From contig JAIOJA010000057.1 in NCBI GenBank assembly GCA_019912315.1, forward strand, positions 54,351 through 118,350: 64,000 bases of DNA. Reading direction: 5' to 3'. Positions 47,486 to 55,965 of this stretch are shown here, piece by piece. Source of the DNA: Planctomycetota bacterium. GTDB lineage: Bacteria > Planctomycetota > UBA8742 > UBA2392. The notes beneath the pieces are model-generated. The model made no database searches. It was given only the letters and a program-made list of their open reading frames with translations, and was not told the origin of the DNA. The position numbers were made by a program, and so were the translations under genes. Numbering within the stretch: position 1 is the first letter of the stretch; each line of letters begins with the position of its first letter.

Positions 47486-48349
47486 ATGGCCCTCTTCGAC
47501 GAATCCATACTTACCCGACTGCGGCGCTTGCGCCTGGCGGCCGGGCGTGTACAGCGCGGCGGCGCCCGCGGCGAGCGATTGTCCCGACAATTCGGCGCCG
47601 GGCAGGAGTTCGGCGCTCACCGCCCCTACACGCACGGTGACGACCTGCGACGCGTGGACTGGAACGTCTACGGGCGCCTGGGGCAGCTGTTTCTGAAATT
47701 GTTCGAGCAACCGGGGCAGTTGCGCGTGCTGCTGGTTGCCGACGATGCGCCCACCATGAACTTCGGTGTGCACAACAAGTGGCTTGCTGCCCGGCGTGTG
47801 CTTGGCGCCATTGGTTTGATTGCGCTGGAAAGTAGCGAGAAGGTGCTGTTGTCCCGCCTCAGCGTCCCCACACCCATCAGCTTCGACGGCGCCGGCGAGG
47901 CACGCCTGCTGTCGCTGCTCGAAGACATGCCGGTTGCGAATACCAGCAGCGGCAGCGCGGGCGGTGTGCGAGCGATGTTTGAGCGTCGCGGCCGCGATTC
48001 AGTGCTGGTGCTTGTCAGCGACTTCCAGGATGGGGAGCGTCTAACCGCCATCCTGCGCGACGCCCGGCGCAGCGGGGTACGCGCCTTGGCGATCAGCGTC
48101 GCGGCGCAAGAGGAACTCACACCACACTTCGAAGGATTCAGCAAGCTAACCGCGATCGGCAGGAGCGAAACGCGACTGCGTGTGGATGATCGCGTGCTTG
48201 CCGCCTATCGCGAAGAAGTGAAGGCCTACCGCGAGGGTGTTGCCAGGGCCGTGCACGCGACGGGCGCGGCGTTCATTGAGCTGGATTCCGGCGACCCGAT
48301 TGAGCCGCTGATCGTGGATTTGATGCGGGCAGGCGTGCTGGGGACTTAG
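47486..48349 (+). CDS. DUF58-family protein
   Basis: GAGQEFGAHRPYTHGDDLRRVDWNVYGRL matches the conserved DUF58 block (a family usually encoded next to MoxR ATPase and vWA genes). 287 aa. Confidence 0.7.
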   Translation: MALFDESILTRLRRLRLAAGRVQRGGARGERLSRQFGAGQEFGAHRPYTHGDDLRRVDWNVYGRLGQLFLKLFEQPGQLRVLLVADDAPTMNFGVHNKWLAARRVLGAIGLIALESSEKVLLSRLSVPTPISFDGAGEARLLSLLEDMPVANTSSGSAGGVRAMFERRGRDSVLVLVSDFQDGERLTAILRDARRSGVRALAISVAAQEELTPHFEGFSKLTAIGRSETRLRVDDRVLAAYREEVKAYREGVARAVHATGAAFIELDSGDPIEPLIVDLMRAGVLGT

Positions 48350-48516
48350 CGCACTCTCATGGTTCGTTTTCAGGCTTCCGCTTGCGGCGAGCGTCGCATC
48401 TCTTCGTCGCGCTACCTCAGCGTGGCCTCCAGCCACGCCTGCGTCCGCGCTCCTTGATCTGCTCGCTTGGCGCTGCGTGGCACCGTCTGAAAACCGACCA
48501 TGAAACAGCTCTAGCG

Positions 48517-48540
48517 AAAACCGGCGCCTGACGGCGCCGG
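48517..48540 (-). terminator. intrinsic terminator candidate after the anti-sigma gene
   Basis: Perfect 8-bp stem CCGGCGCC / TGAC / GGCGCCGG, followed on the minus strand by TTTTCG. 22 nt downstream of the stop of the 48562-50898 gene. Confidence 0.55.
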
Positions 48541-48561
48541 TCTCCTGTGCCAGTGGGGAGG

Positions 48562-50898
48562 CTACTTGCTCAAAATGCTGACGCGGTAAGCGTTCTCAAT
48601 GCTCAAGGCGGCAAACGCCACACTGTAGGCCTGCCCGTAGCGGTCGTTGTAGTGACTGCTGGATGCCCATGAACCATCCGCGCTCTGGTTCGCAAGCAGC
48701 GTTTCGGCAAAAGCGGAATACCACTCGGTCGACATCTTGCCGTTGCGTTGCAGGTTCAGGGACTGCGCCAGACTTCCAAAGAACAGGTAGCGCACATCGC
48801 AGCGGTCGGTCCTCGGGCGATTCACAGGGTCGTCCACGACACCCGGCTTCAGATTGGGCAGGTCCCGGTTGATTACCCCCAGCAGGTGCCGCGCGCTTTC
48901 CGGCAGGGCGTATTCCTTTTCATGTACGAACAAGCTCAGCGTCGCGCCTGCGGAAGCCGGCAACAGATTCGACTGCGCAAGCACGTCGTTCTGATCCGCA
49001 AGCGGCTTGCCGGTCATCAGCTCGTCTTGATACCACTCCAGAAATTCGTCGATACGCAGTTGCGGCAGATCAATCGGCGGCACCTTCACGTTACGCGCTG
49101 TCGCCAGCGCCATGTAAGCCCACACGCTGGTCGTCAGACTGGCGTTCTGCCCCATCAGGAACGGGAAGCCAGCCGTGCCCCGTACGGCGTCCGCAGCCCG
49201 AACTCCACACAGCCAGCGGCAGGCGTCACGCAGTGGCTCGCGCAGGCGCTGACTCCGCGTCAGCCCGAAGTCTTCCGCGAGGGCAAGCGTTGCCATGGCG
49301 TGTACAAGAACGTTGCCAATGCCCTCAGGGCCGATCTGCCCGCTCGGAGCCTGCTGCTTGAGAATCCAGTCGATACCACGCCTGACCGTGTAGTCGTACC
49401 CAAGGGGCGACTTCGCGCTGCTATGCCCCTCACCAAGGAAGGCCAGCACGCTCGCCGCGGTGATCTCAAGTTCCTGAACGGTCCGTAATTCGGGATCACG
49501 GGTGACGTACTCGACGTCAACGAAACTCCAGCGCCCGTCATCCCACTGCTGCTGCCGGCGGGCAAGCCATCCCAGCGCGGAGTCAAGTGCCTCGTACAAT
49601 TCCTCGCTGCCAAGGTAGTCAACTTTCTCAGCCCGCGGCATCCCGCGCAGGCGGAAAAAGCTGGTTCCGCCGTCACGAATCTGCGCGCTCAGCACCTCGT
49701 CACCAAGCTGAATCAGCTCCGGCCTGGGGACTGGCGGCTCCTCACGTGTTGTCATTTCACGCCCGGGCCCCGTCTCGCCGTTCAATTCCAGAGGCAGGTC
49801 GGCGTTGGCGGAAGACCAGTCAGGGCTGTCAATGGTCGGGAATTTGTAGTTCTCACGCGGCGGGCGTGAGCCTGTTTCCCGGACGCTCGGCTCAAGGGGT
49901 GCTACCACGGATGCACCCTTGCCTGCCGAAAGATACGGCATGGCGTTGCTGTCGTCCGGGCGCGCGAAAATGAACAGGGTCAGCGCAAGGGCGACCGCGT
50001 GCAGCGCCATTGTGAACCCGACGCTGCGCTTCCCGCGATTCCAGCCCCGCTTAATCTCGCGCCCCCACTGGTATTCGTCGATGTCCACCCGCTTGGGCGT
50101 CTCGCGTACACGGCGGTGACTGCTGATCAGGATCGACTTGAAAAGACGCCGACGGAACGGGTCCGACGCGCTGACGGTCGGCAGGACGGGCATGGGCTTT
50201 TCAGCCACAGCCACTTCGCGCGAAGTTTCGACCAGCGCGACTTTCAGGCGCCGCGCAAAACCTTCGCGTACTTCCACATGCGGCAGACTGCCGACCAGCG
50301 CGCGCTGCTTGAATTCCTCGCGCAATGAGCGGACAAACTCCTGGCGCACCTCCAGCATCGGCAGGCTCGACACCACAGCACGCGCGCTGAAATCGCGGCG
50401 CAGCATGGCGATCCAGGCGGGGCGGGCCTTTATGAACGGCAGGCTGAAGACTTTCGCACGCGCGCCGAACTCAAGGCGCAGGGTCTCAAGCAGGCTGTCC
50501 GAAACAACTAGCATCGGCAGCCTGGCGCAGATCGCGCGCACGCTGAACTCGACGCGCAGCGCGCTGACGTACTCGGGACGCGCGACGATGCTCGGAAGCA
50601 ACCCGATCCAGCCGCGCGATTCAAACTCGCGGCGCACGTCGCGCACAAATTCGGCACGAGGCGTGGTCAGCGGAATGGCTTCAGGCCTTCCAACAGCCTG
50701 TACGGGCCCGATTGCGGGCATGCTGCGCAACACGGCATAAGTCTTGCGCAGGCGCTCGAACAGACGGAACAGCTCCGCCTCGTTTTCGAGGCGCGCGCGC
50801 ACTTCCGCCATGGCGGGCTCGTCGAGCTCGCCGCGCAGGAAATCCACCAGTGTTCCAAAGTCCGCGTTCATGTAAGGGGCCTGCTGTACTGTCTCCAT
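48562..50898 (-). CDS. membrane-spanning anti-sigma factor-like protein with internal ~30-aa repeats and a periplasmic prenyltransferase/squalene-cyclase-like (alpha/alpha toroid) domain
   Basis: Immediately downstream of the ECF sigma gene. N-terminal helical region. Five-six repeats of the form E/RxEFxxRAxxxSLPxxxxRxxx. One TM helix FTMALHAVALALTLFIFA. C-terminal 400 aa with QW-like motifs (WLARRQQQWDDGRWSF; DGSWASSSHYNDRYGQAYS). Confidence 0.6.
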   Translation of the reverse strand: METVQQAPYMNADFGTLVDFLRGELDEPAMAEVRARLENEAELFRLFERLRKTYAVLRSMPAIGPVQAVGRPEAIPLTTPRAEFVRDVRREFESRGWIGLLPSIVARPEYVSALRVEFSVRAICARLPMLVVSDSLLETLRLEFGARAKVFSLPFIKARPAWIAMLRRDFSARAVVSSLPMLEVRQEFVRSLREEFKQRALVGSLPHVEVREGFARRLKVALVETSREVAVAEKPMPVLPTVSASDPFRRRLFKSILISSHRRVRETPKRVDIDEYQWGREIKRGWNRGKRSVGFTMALHAVALALTLFIFARPDDSNAMPYLSAGKGASVVAPLEPSVRETGSRPPRENYKFPTIDSPDWSSANADLPLELNGETGPGREMTTREEPPVPRPELIQLGDEVLSAQIRDGGTSFFRLRGMPRAEKVDYLGSEELYEALDSALGWLARRQQQWDDGRWSFVDVEYVTRDPELRTVQELEITAASVLAFLGEGHSSAKSPLGYDYTVRRGIDWILKQQAPSGQIGPEGIGNVLVHAMATLALAEDFGLTRSQRLREPLRDACRWLCGVRAADAVRGTAGFPFLMGQNASLTTSVWAYMALATARNVKVPPIDLPQLRIDEFLEWYQDELMTGKPLADQNDVLAQSNLLPASAGATLSLFVHEKEYALPESARHLLGVINRDLPNLKPGVVDDPVNRPRTDRCDVRYLFFGSLAQSLNLQRNGKMSTEWYSAFAETLLANQSADGSWASSSHYNDRYGQAYSVAFAALSIENAYRVSILSK

Positions 50899-51092
50899 CG
50901 GTCGTTGATCCTGACCGACTTCACTTGTTCAACACACATCTCAAGCCCAGGAATCGATCCGGAGCCTGCTATGTAAACGGCATCACACTCCATGTGGTTC
51001 AACGGTAACGCACAGGAATTGGATAAACTTACGCGCACAAAGCGCACAGACGAGCGACGACATAACTAACTGGTAGATAAGGCTTTGCGCGA

Positions 51093-51755
51093 CTAGGTTT
51101 CAGCCGTCATCGGCTTGTAGTCGCCAAGGATTTCCTGCAGTTTGCCGACGGCCGTGTGCATGCGGGATTTCACGGTACCCAGCGGGATCTCCATGATCTC
51201 TGAAATCTCGTTGTACTTGAGTTCCTCGATTTCGCTGAGCACGAAAACCATGCGCTGTTCTTCGGGCAGTTGCTCCAGCGCCTTCATAATCGCGGCATAG
51301 AGTTCCTGGCGGTCGATGTCGTGATCCGGCGGGCGGATGTCATCCGGCAGGCGGTCCATGAGTGAGGCCGCGTCTTCGTTGCCTCCGAATCTGGCGTTCA
51401 GGCTGACGTTTTCCTTCTGGGTGCTAAGCAAGCGGCAGTGGTCAATCCAGTAGTTGCGGGCAATGCGGTACAGGTAGGTGGTGAACTTGGCGTTCGGCTC
51501 CCACTTATGGGCGGACTTGTAGATGCGCAGCAGGGTCTCCTGTGCGAAATCTTCAGCAAGTGAGCGGTCCCAGCACAGCCGGAAGAAGAAGTTGAGCAGC
51601 CCGCGCAGGTGGGCCTCGTAGAGTTCAGTAAACGCATCCACGTCGCCGGCTTGGAAGCGGCGCATCAGGTCAAGGTCGCGTTGAGCGTCCGCCACAGGAA
51701 GCAGTCCTGACTGAAATACAGGGGGAAAGTTAAGTGTAGAAACGAACGGGCACAT
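51093..51755 (-). CDS. ECF-type RNA polymerase sigma factor
   Basis: Region 2 LAEDFAQETLLRIYKSAHKW...TYLYRIARNYWIDHCR and a region 4 HTH (YNEISEIMEIPLGTVKSRMHTA). Confidence 0.8.
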   Translation of the reverse strand: MCPFVSTLNFPPVFQSGLLPVADAQRDLDLMRRFQAGDVDAFTELYEAHLRGLLNFFFRLCWDRSLAEDFAQETLLRIYKSAHKWEPNAKFTTYLYRIARNYWIDHCRLLSTQKENVSLNARFGGNEDAASLMDRLPDDIRPPDHDIDRQELYAAIMKALEQLPEEQRMVFVLSEIEELKYNEISEIMEIPLGTVKSRMHTAVGKLQEILGDYKPMTAET

Positions 51756-51861
51756 GCGAAAGTTCGTGTCGTGCGCCTCAAAATCCGGCTCGGCTGCACG
51801 GAAGCCCTATGTCTCGTCGCTGCCGGTACGCGACACTCCGCGACCACCCCTCACCCGGGAT

Positions 51862-51900
51862 TCAACAAAATCGGCCCCGGAAGCAGGTTCCGAGGCCGAT
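51862..51900 (-). terminator. intrinsic terminator after tRNA-Cys
   Basis: On the minus strand: 13-bp stem (one mismatch) ATCGGCCTCGGAA / CCTGC / TTCCGGGGCCGAT followed by TTTTGTTG. Starts 7 nt after the tRNA 3' end. Confidence 0.7.
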
Positions 51901-51906
51901 GACGGT

Positions 51907-51981
51907 TGGAGGTGGCGATGGGATTCGAACCCACATGTGACGGATTTGCAATCCGTTGCCTAACCACTTGGCTACGCCACC
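51907..51981 (-). tRNA. tRNA-Cys (anticodon GCA), CCA encoded
   Basis: Reverse complement GGTGGCGTAGCCAAGTGGTTAGGCAACGGATTGCAAATCCGTCACATGTGGGTTCGAATCCCATCGCCACCTCCA folds as a cloverleaf. Anticodon loop TTGCAAA. Confidence 0.9.
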
Positions 51982-52067
51982 GAACTTGAAAAGAGGTCAG
52001 GCACACTCGGAGCCTGACCCCTGATCAGGTCATTCAGCGGCGGCAAGTTCTGCCGCCGCCCTTGTTT

Positions 52068-52141
52068 GGTGACCCCTATGGGATTCGAACCCATATCGCG
52101 GCCTTGAAAGGGCCGTATCCTAACCATTAGATGAAGGGGCC
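52068..52141 (-). tRNA. tRNA-Glu (anticodon TTC), CCA encoded
   Basis: Reverse complement GGCCCCTTCATCTAATGGTTAGGATACGGCCCTTTCAAGGCCGCGATATGGGTTCGAATCCCATAGGGGTCACCA. Aligns base-for-base with the E. coli tRNA-Glu architecture. Confidence 0.9.
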
Positions 52142-52210
52142 TTGCCTTGCGCGCCGTTTCCGTCGCGCGTCACATTACTTACAAATGCCTGTATGCCGCG
52201 CAACCCCGAG

Positions 52211-52906
52211 TCAGGTTTCCAGGTCGAAGCTTGGCTCTTCTCCCTTCTCAACGCGCGAGAGATTCATGCGCAGCATTTCTGACTTCGGGCGCCTCTCCAG
52301 CGCGCGTTCCAGCAATTTCTGCGCCGCCGAATGCGAGCCCGAACGCACCAGCGCCAGCGCCAGCAGCACGGTCGAGAATGTATCGTCCGGACGACGGGCG
52401 ACCAGCGAGCGCAACGCCTCGGCGGCTGATTCGTTCAGACCGCGCTCCAGTTGCAGCAATCCCCGCGCCCGCAAGGCCGCGGGGAATTCCCCGCAGCGAC
52501 GGTAAAGCACCATGGCCTCGCGGTCGTTGCCCTGGCCTTCGTGGCACGAGCCCAGGGCAAACAGCACCGGCGCCGGCGCCAGGCGGTACTCGGGATAGCC
52601 CAGCAACTGCTGCAGCGTGATGCGTGCGGCTTCCCATTGCTCGCGTTTGATCAGCGCGGAAGCATCACCCCACAGGCGGCGCATTTTGCGCCGGCGCATA
52701 ATCAGGTAGGCAATGAAGCCAACCTCGAACACGACCAGCGCACCAATCGCGAACACAGCCACCAGCGAACGCACGCTGCCAGGCTCGGCGTGCATATAAA
52801 TCACGGCCGCGTACCCGGCCATGTAGCCAACGCCGGCGGCGATAAGACCGTGGGCAAGATGCAGGCTGACCAGCAGCCAGGACGGCGTGTGCGGCAGGCG
52901 TTTCAA
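52211..52906 (-). CDS. membrane protein with two N-terminal TM helices and cytoplasmic TPR-like repeats
   Basis: Hydrophobic segments LLVSLHLAHGLIAAGVGYMAGYAAVIY and LVAVFAIGALVVFEVGFIAYLIM, then helical repeats. Follows the zinc-ribbon gene on the same strand. Confidence 0.5.
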   Translation of the reverse strand: MKRLPHTPSWLLVSLHLAHGLIAAGVGYMAGYAAVIYMHAEPGSVRSLVAVFAIGALVVFEVGFIAYLIMRRRKMRRLWGDASALIKREQWEAARITLQQLLGYPEYRLAPAPVLFALGSCHEGQGNDREAMVLYRRCGEFPAALRARGLLQLERGLNESAAEALRSLVARRPDDTFSTVLLALALVRSGSHSAAQKLLERALERRPKSEMLRMNLSRVEKGEEPSFDLET

Positions 52907-52956
52907 TGCGCTCCTGGGCGGGGGTAGGCTTAAGAACGTATACGACGAGCAAGCGT

Positions 52957-54126
52957 TCAGCGTATGCCCGCACGCAGCTTATAGCCCTGTACGAATACCG
53001 AGGGCAGGCTTTCGCCGTACTCTTCCCACAGGCTCTGCAACGGCGGAGGCACCCCTTCCCCCAGCCACAGGGCGTCCTTCAGAACCCTGGCGGCCGGCTC
53101 GGCAAACTCCGAGTCTTCAAGCCACGGCTTCAAAATATCGGCGTAAAACCGCGTGTTCGCGGGCGGCGTGTCGTGGCGCGGGGATCCAATCGTCTGCAAC
53201 GCGGCCAGCTTTGCGACGCGCGTACGCAAGCCCTCGATCGCGCGAAGGCGCGCATCAAATTCCTCACTGCTTTCGGCGGCGCGGCATACCTTCAGGCAGG
53301 CAACCAGGGGCTCGACCAGGTCAGGCTTCTCGACGGCCATGTCGTCGATCAACTCCAGAACCCAGGGACGGTGCTGGCGGTAGCCGACGTCAAACTCGAG
53401 GCGCGTGTGTTTCAGTATCCAGTCGCGGACCTGGCCCGTCGTGTACGGCAGGCGGTGCAGCAGAATCTGGTTGCACACGTGCCGATAGTCGCGCTCACGC
53501 CCGATAGCCGTCTGTACGCCCATCAGCGCGGCGTGGCAGTAGTCCGAGAGCCCGTTTTCCAGGGCCCATTCGGCTATCTCGAGCAGCAGCTTTACCGTGC
53601 CGGCGTCTCCACCCGACAGAGCATCGAGCAACCCGAAGCTGCCAGGGTTGGAGAAGCCGAACTTCTGCCCGACGCGGATAACCGTGTTGCGAACCTTTAA
53701 GTCGTCACTGCAGATGAGCTTGTGGACGATTCGGCTCATCGCCATATCCAGCTCGCGCGGGGCAGTCAACATGTACGCCACGTAGCGGGGCAGCAGCGCG
53801 GGCAAGTCTTTGCTGTGCGCGCACGGCCAGCAATTCAGCGCGTCGGCCATCTTGACCTGCTCCGCCAGGTCGCCGCCGTTGAGAATCCCCCACACCAGCG
53901 CCTCACAGCCCCACTTCGCGTAGTCTTTGGACGGATCCACAGGCGGCTTGGGCGGGGGACCGTCGGGCAAACCCGGCTCCAGTCGTCGCAGGCGGCGCAC
54001 GACCTTGCATTCACTGCCACAGAACCGGCAGGTAAGGATTGCCTGTTCGGCGTTCAGCTCCAGGGACGCGCCACAGCCGGGGCAGTAGGCGCGGTCGGCC
54101 TCTGTGCGATAGTCGAGTTCCGTCAT
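52957..54126 (-). CDS. hypothetical protein with N-terminal zinc-ribbon (CPGCG...CRFCG) and helical repeat domain
   Basis: CxxC...CxxC pair within the first 40 residues. 389 aa, otherwise unrecognised. Confidence 0.5.
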   Translation of the reverse strand: MTELDYRTEADRAYCPGCGASLELNAEQAILTCRFCGSECKVVRRLRRLEPGLPDGPPPKPPVDPSKDYAKWGCEALVWGILNGGDLAEQVKMADALNCWPCAHSKDLPALLPRYVAYMLTAPRELDMAMSRIVHKLICSDDLKVRNTVIRVGQKFGFSNPGSFGLLDALSGGDAGTVKLLLEIAEWALENGLSDYCHAALMGVQTAIGRERDYRHVCNQILLHRLPYTTGQVRDWILKHTRLEFDVGYRQHRPWVLELIDDMAVEKPDLVEPLVACLKVCRAAESSEEFDARLRAIEGLRTRVAKLAALQTIGSPRHDTPPANTRFYADILKPWLEDSEFAEPAARVLKDALWLGEGVPPPLQSLWEEYGESLPSVFVQGYKLRAGIR

Positions 54127-54149
54127 GGCACCAGTCTATCCAAGGTTGT

Positions 54150-54300
54150 GATCGGCGGTTAGATTGCACCTGCTGACGGAAGCCCGGTGAAATACCGGCG
54201 CGGCCCCGCCACTGTAAGAGGCGGTTTCATTACCACCTCGATAGCCAGACCTGTCAGCGACTGTTTTGTCCGAGGCTCGAGGGAGGCCGGAGGGCGCGCG
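54150..54300 (+). ncRNA. cobalamin (B12) riboswitch
   Basis: Conserved core GGAAGCCCGGTGAAATACCGGCGCGGCCCCGCCACTGTAAGAGG (54176-54220) matches the GGGAA..GGTG..AA.CC.G.GC.G.CCCGC.ACTGTAA signature. B12-box-like TAGCCAGACCTGTCAGC (54241-57). GC-rich expression platform ending at the btuF-like start. Confidence 0.65.
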
Positions 54301-54329
54301 CCCGCGTGCACGCGTCTTCCCGCGCGCGC

Positions 54330-55211
54330 ATGAAGAACCCGCTGATCACTGTGCTGACTGTCGCCGTGCTGGCCGTCGGCGCGTCCATTGGACTGTCGCT
54401 GCTGTGGCGGACCGATGATACCGAAGCGTCTCGCGGACGCGTTGTGTCGCTGATGCCACCGGTGACGGAAACACTGTATGAAATCGGCGCGGGCGACCAA
54501 CTGGTCGGGCGCAGCGACTGGTGCAATTACCCGCCTGAGGCCGACGGACTGACCCAATGCGGCTCGGCGCTGACGCCCAACCACGAAGTCATCGTGCGCC
54601 TGAACCCCACGCTGATTCTCGCCAACAACTCCAACGCGACAGCGCGCGACGACCTGCGCGGGCTGGGCCATGCCGAGTTTCTGCCCTGGCTGTCGGCCGA
54701 GGACATGATCGCCAGCACGCGCAGACTGGGGCAACTCACGGGGCATGTGGAAGAAGCCAATGAGCTGGCGGATGAGATGTCCGTCGTTCTCCTGCAACCG
54801 CAACCCGCGACCGGCCCGCGCGTTCTGCTGGTGATGCTGCCCGAGCCCGGCAAGCTTGAGCCCGTATCGTTCATGCGCCGCAACTCGGTGCACGGGCAGA
54901 TGCTTTATCCGGCGGGCGCGCGCAACGCTGTCGATGAGGATGTCTCTGGCGTACCGGAGATCAGCATGGAACGTGTGATTGAGCTGGACCCGGACATGAT
55001 CATCATGCTTGGCATCCGGGATGACCTGCAAGAGAGTGAGCGCAGGCAGATGATAGAGCAGTGGTCGCGCATCAACCCGCTCACCGCCGTAAAGGAAAAG
55101 CGTATCGGCGTTCTGTCCGGGCGTCACTTCTATGGCGCCGGGCGACGCCTGCTGCGCGCTGTGAAAGAACTCGGCGCTGAAATCGAACGGTTGGGCCATG
55201 AGCAGCCTTGA
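54330..55211 (+). CDS. periplasmic binding protein, BtuF/FecB-like (cobalamin/siderophore class)
   Basis: ATG 54330 gives a signal peptide (the ORF track starts at GTG 54306). VVSLMPPVTETLYEIGAGDQLVGRSDWCNYPPEA parallels the BtuF N-terminal block. Preceded by the B12 riboswitch. Confidence 0.75.
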   Translation: MKNPLITVLTVAVLAVGASIGLSLLWRTDDTEASRGRVVSLMPPVTETLYEIGAGDQLVGRSDWCNYPPEADGLTQCGSALTPNHEVIVRLNPTLILANNSNATARDDLRGLGHAEFLPWLSAEDMIASTRRLGQLTGHVEEANELADEMSVVLLQPQPATGPRVLLVMLPEPGKLEPVSFMRRNSVHGQMLYPAGARNAVDEDVSGVPEISMERVIELDPDMIIMLGIRDDLQESERRQMIEQWSRINPLTAVKEKRIGVLSGRHFYGAGRRLLRAVKELGAEIERLGHEQP

Positions 55212-55965
55212 ACTCCGCGACGTCACGGTAACGGCGCGCGGCAAGGCGCTGGTGGAGAACGTCAGCCTCAGCCTGCACGCGGGTGAGTTCGTCGCCCTGC
55301 TGGGACCGAACGGGGCAGGCAAGACCACGCTGCTCAGGGCGGCGCTCGGACTTGTGCCGTGCCGCGGCGAAGCTCTGCTTGACGGGCGCCCCGTGCGCGA
55401 CATCCCGGCGCGCGAACGGGCCGGGCTTGCCGCGTGGCTGCCACAGCAGTCGCACGTAGCGGAGCCCGTCACGGTTTACGAGTTCGTGAAAGCCGCCCGG
55501 TACCGATTTGCCGAGACTTCCGCCGAAGCCGAGCGCGAAGTCGTGGCGGCGCTCACGAAGGCTGATGTTCTTGAGCACCTGCATCACCCGGTCACCGAGC
55601 TCAGCGGCGGCGAGCTACAACGCGTCGGCGTCGCTGCGTTAATCGCGCAGGACGCGCCGCTGCTGCTGCTGGACGAGCCGGCGAATCACATGGACCCGTC
55701 GCAACAGATTGGTCTGTACCGGCTGATCGCCGGGCTGTGGCGCGACGGTCGCGGCGTGCTGTGCATCACCCACGACGTGAACATGCTGCGCCACGTGGGC
55801 TCAGGCGACGTGCGCGTGGTCGGCATGGCGGACGGGCGGGCGCAATTTGAAACCAGCTTTAGCGCGGACAACCTGCCTGAGCACGTGGGGCGGCTGTTCA
55901 ACGTGCGCATGGACGTCGTACAGAGCAACGGTCAGCGCCTGCTGGTGCCACAGGGGACGGCATGA
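55198..55965 (+). CDS. ABC transporter ATP-binding protein (BtuD/FecE-like)
   Basis: Walker A GPNGAGKTT, signature LSGGELQRV, Walker B LLLDEPANHMD. Overlaps neighbouring genes by 14 and 4 nt. Confidence 0.85.
   Translation: MSSLELRDVTVTARGKALVENVSLSLHAGEFVALLGPNGAGKTTLLRAALGLVPCRGEALLDGRPVRDIPARERAGLAAWLPQQSHVAEPVTVYEFVKAARYRFAETSAEAEREVVAALTKADVLEHLHHPVTELSGGELQRVGVAALIAQDAPLLLLDEPANHMDPSQQIGLYRLIAGLWRDGRGVLCITHDVNMLRHVGSGDVRVVGMADGRAQFETSFSADNLPEHVGRLFNVRMDVVQSNGQRLLVPQGTA

Noticed and set aside
48358-48502. 16-bp imperfect inverted repeat (catggttcgttttcag / ctgaaaaccgaccatg) flanking ~113 nt in the convergent intergenic region; MITE-like
   Set aside because: Only 14/16 matches. A rough estimate gives several such chance pairs within 200 nt across a 64-kb window, and there are no target-site duplications or other copies in the window.
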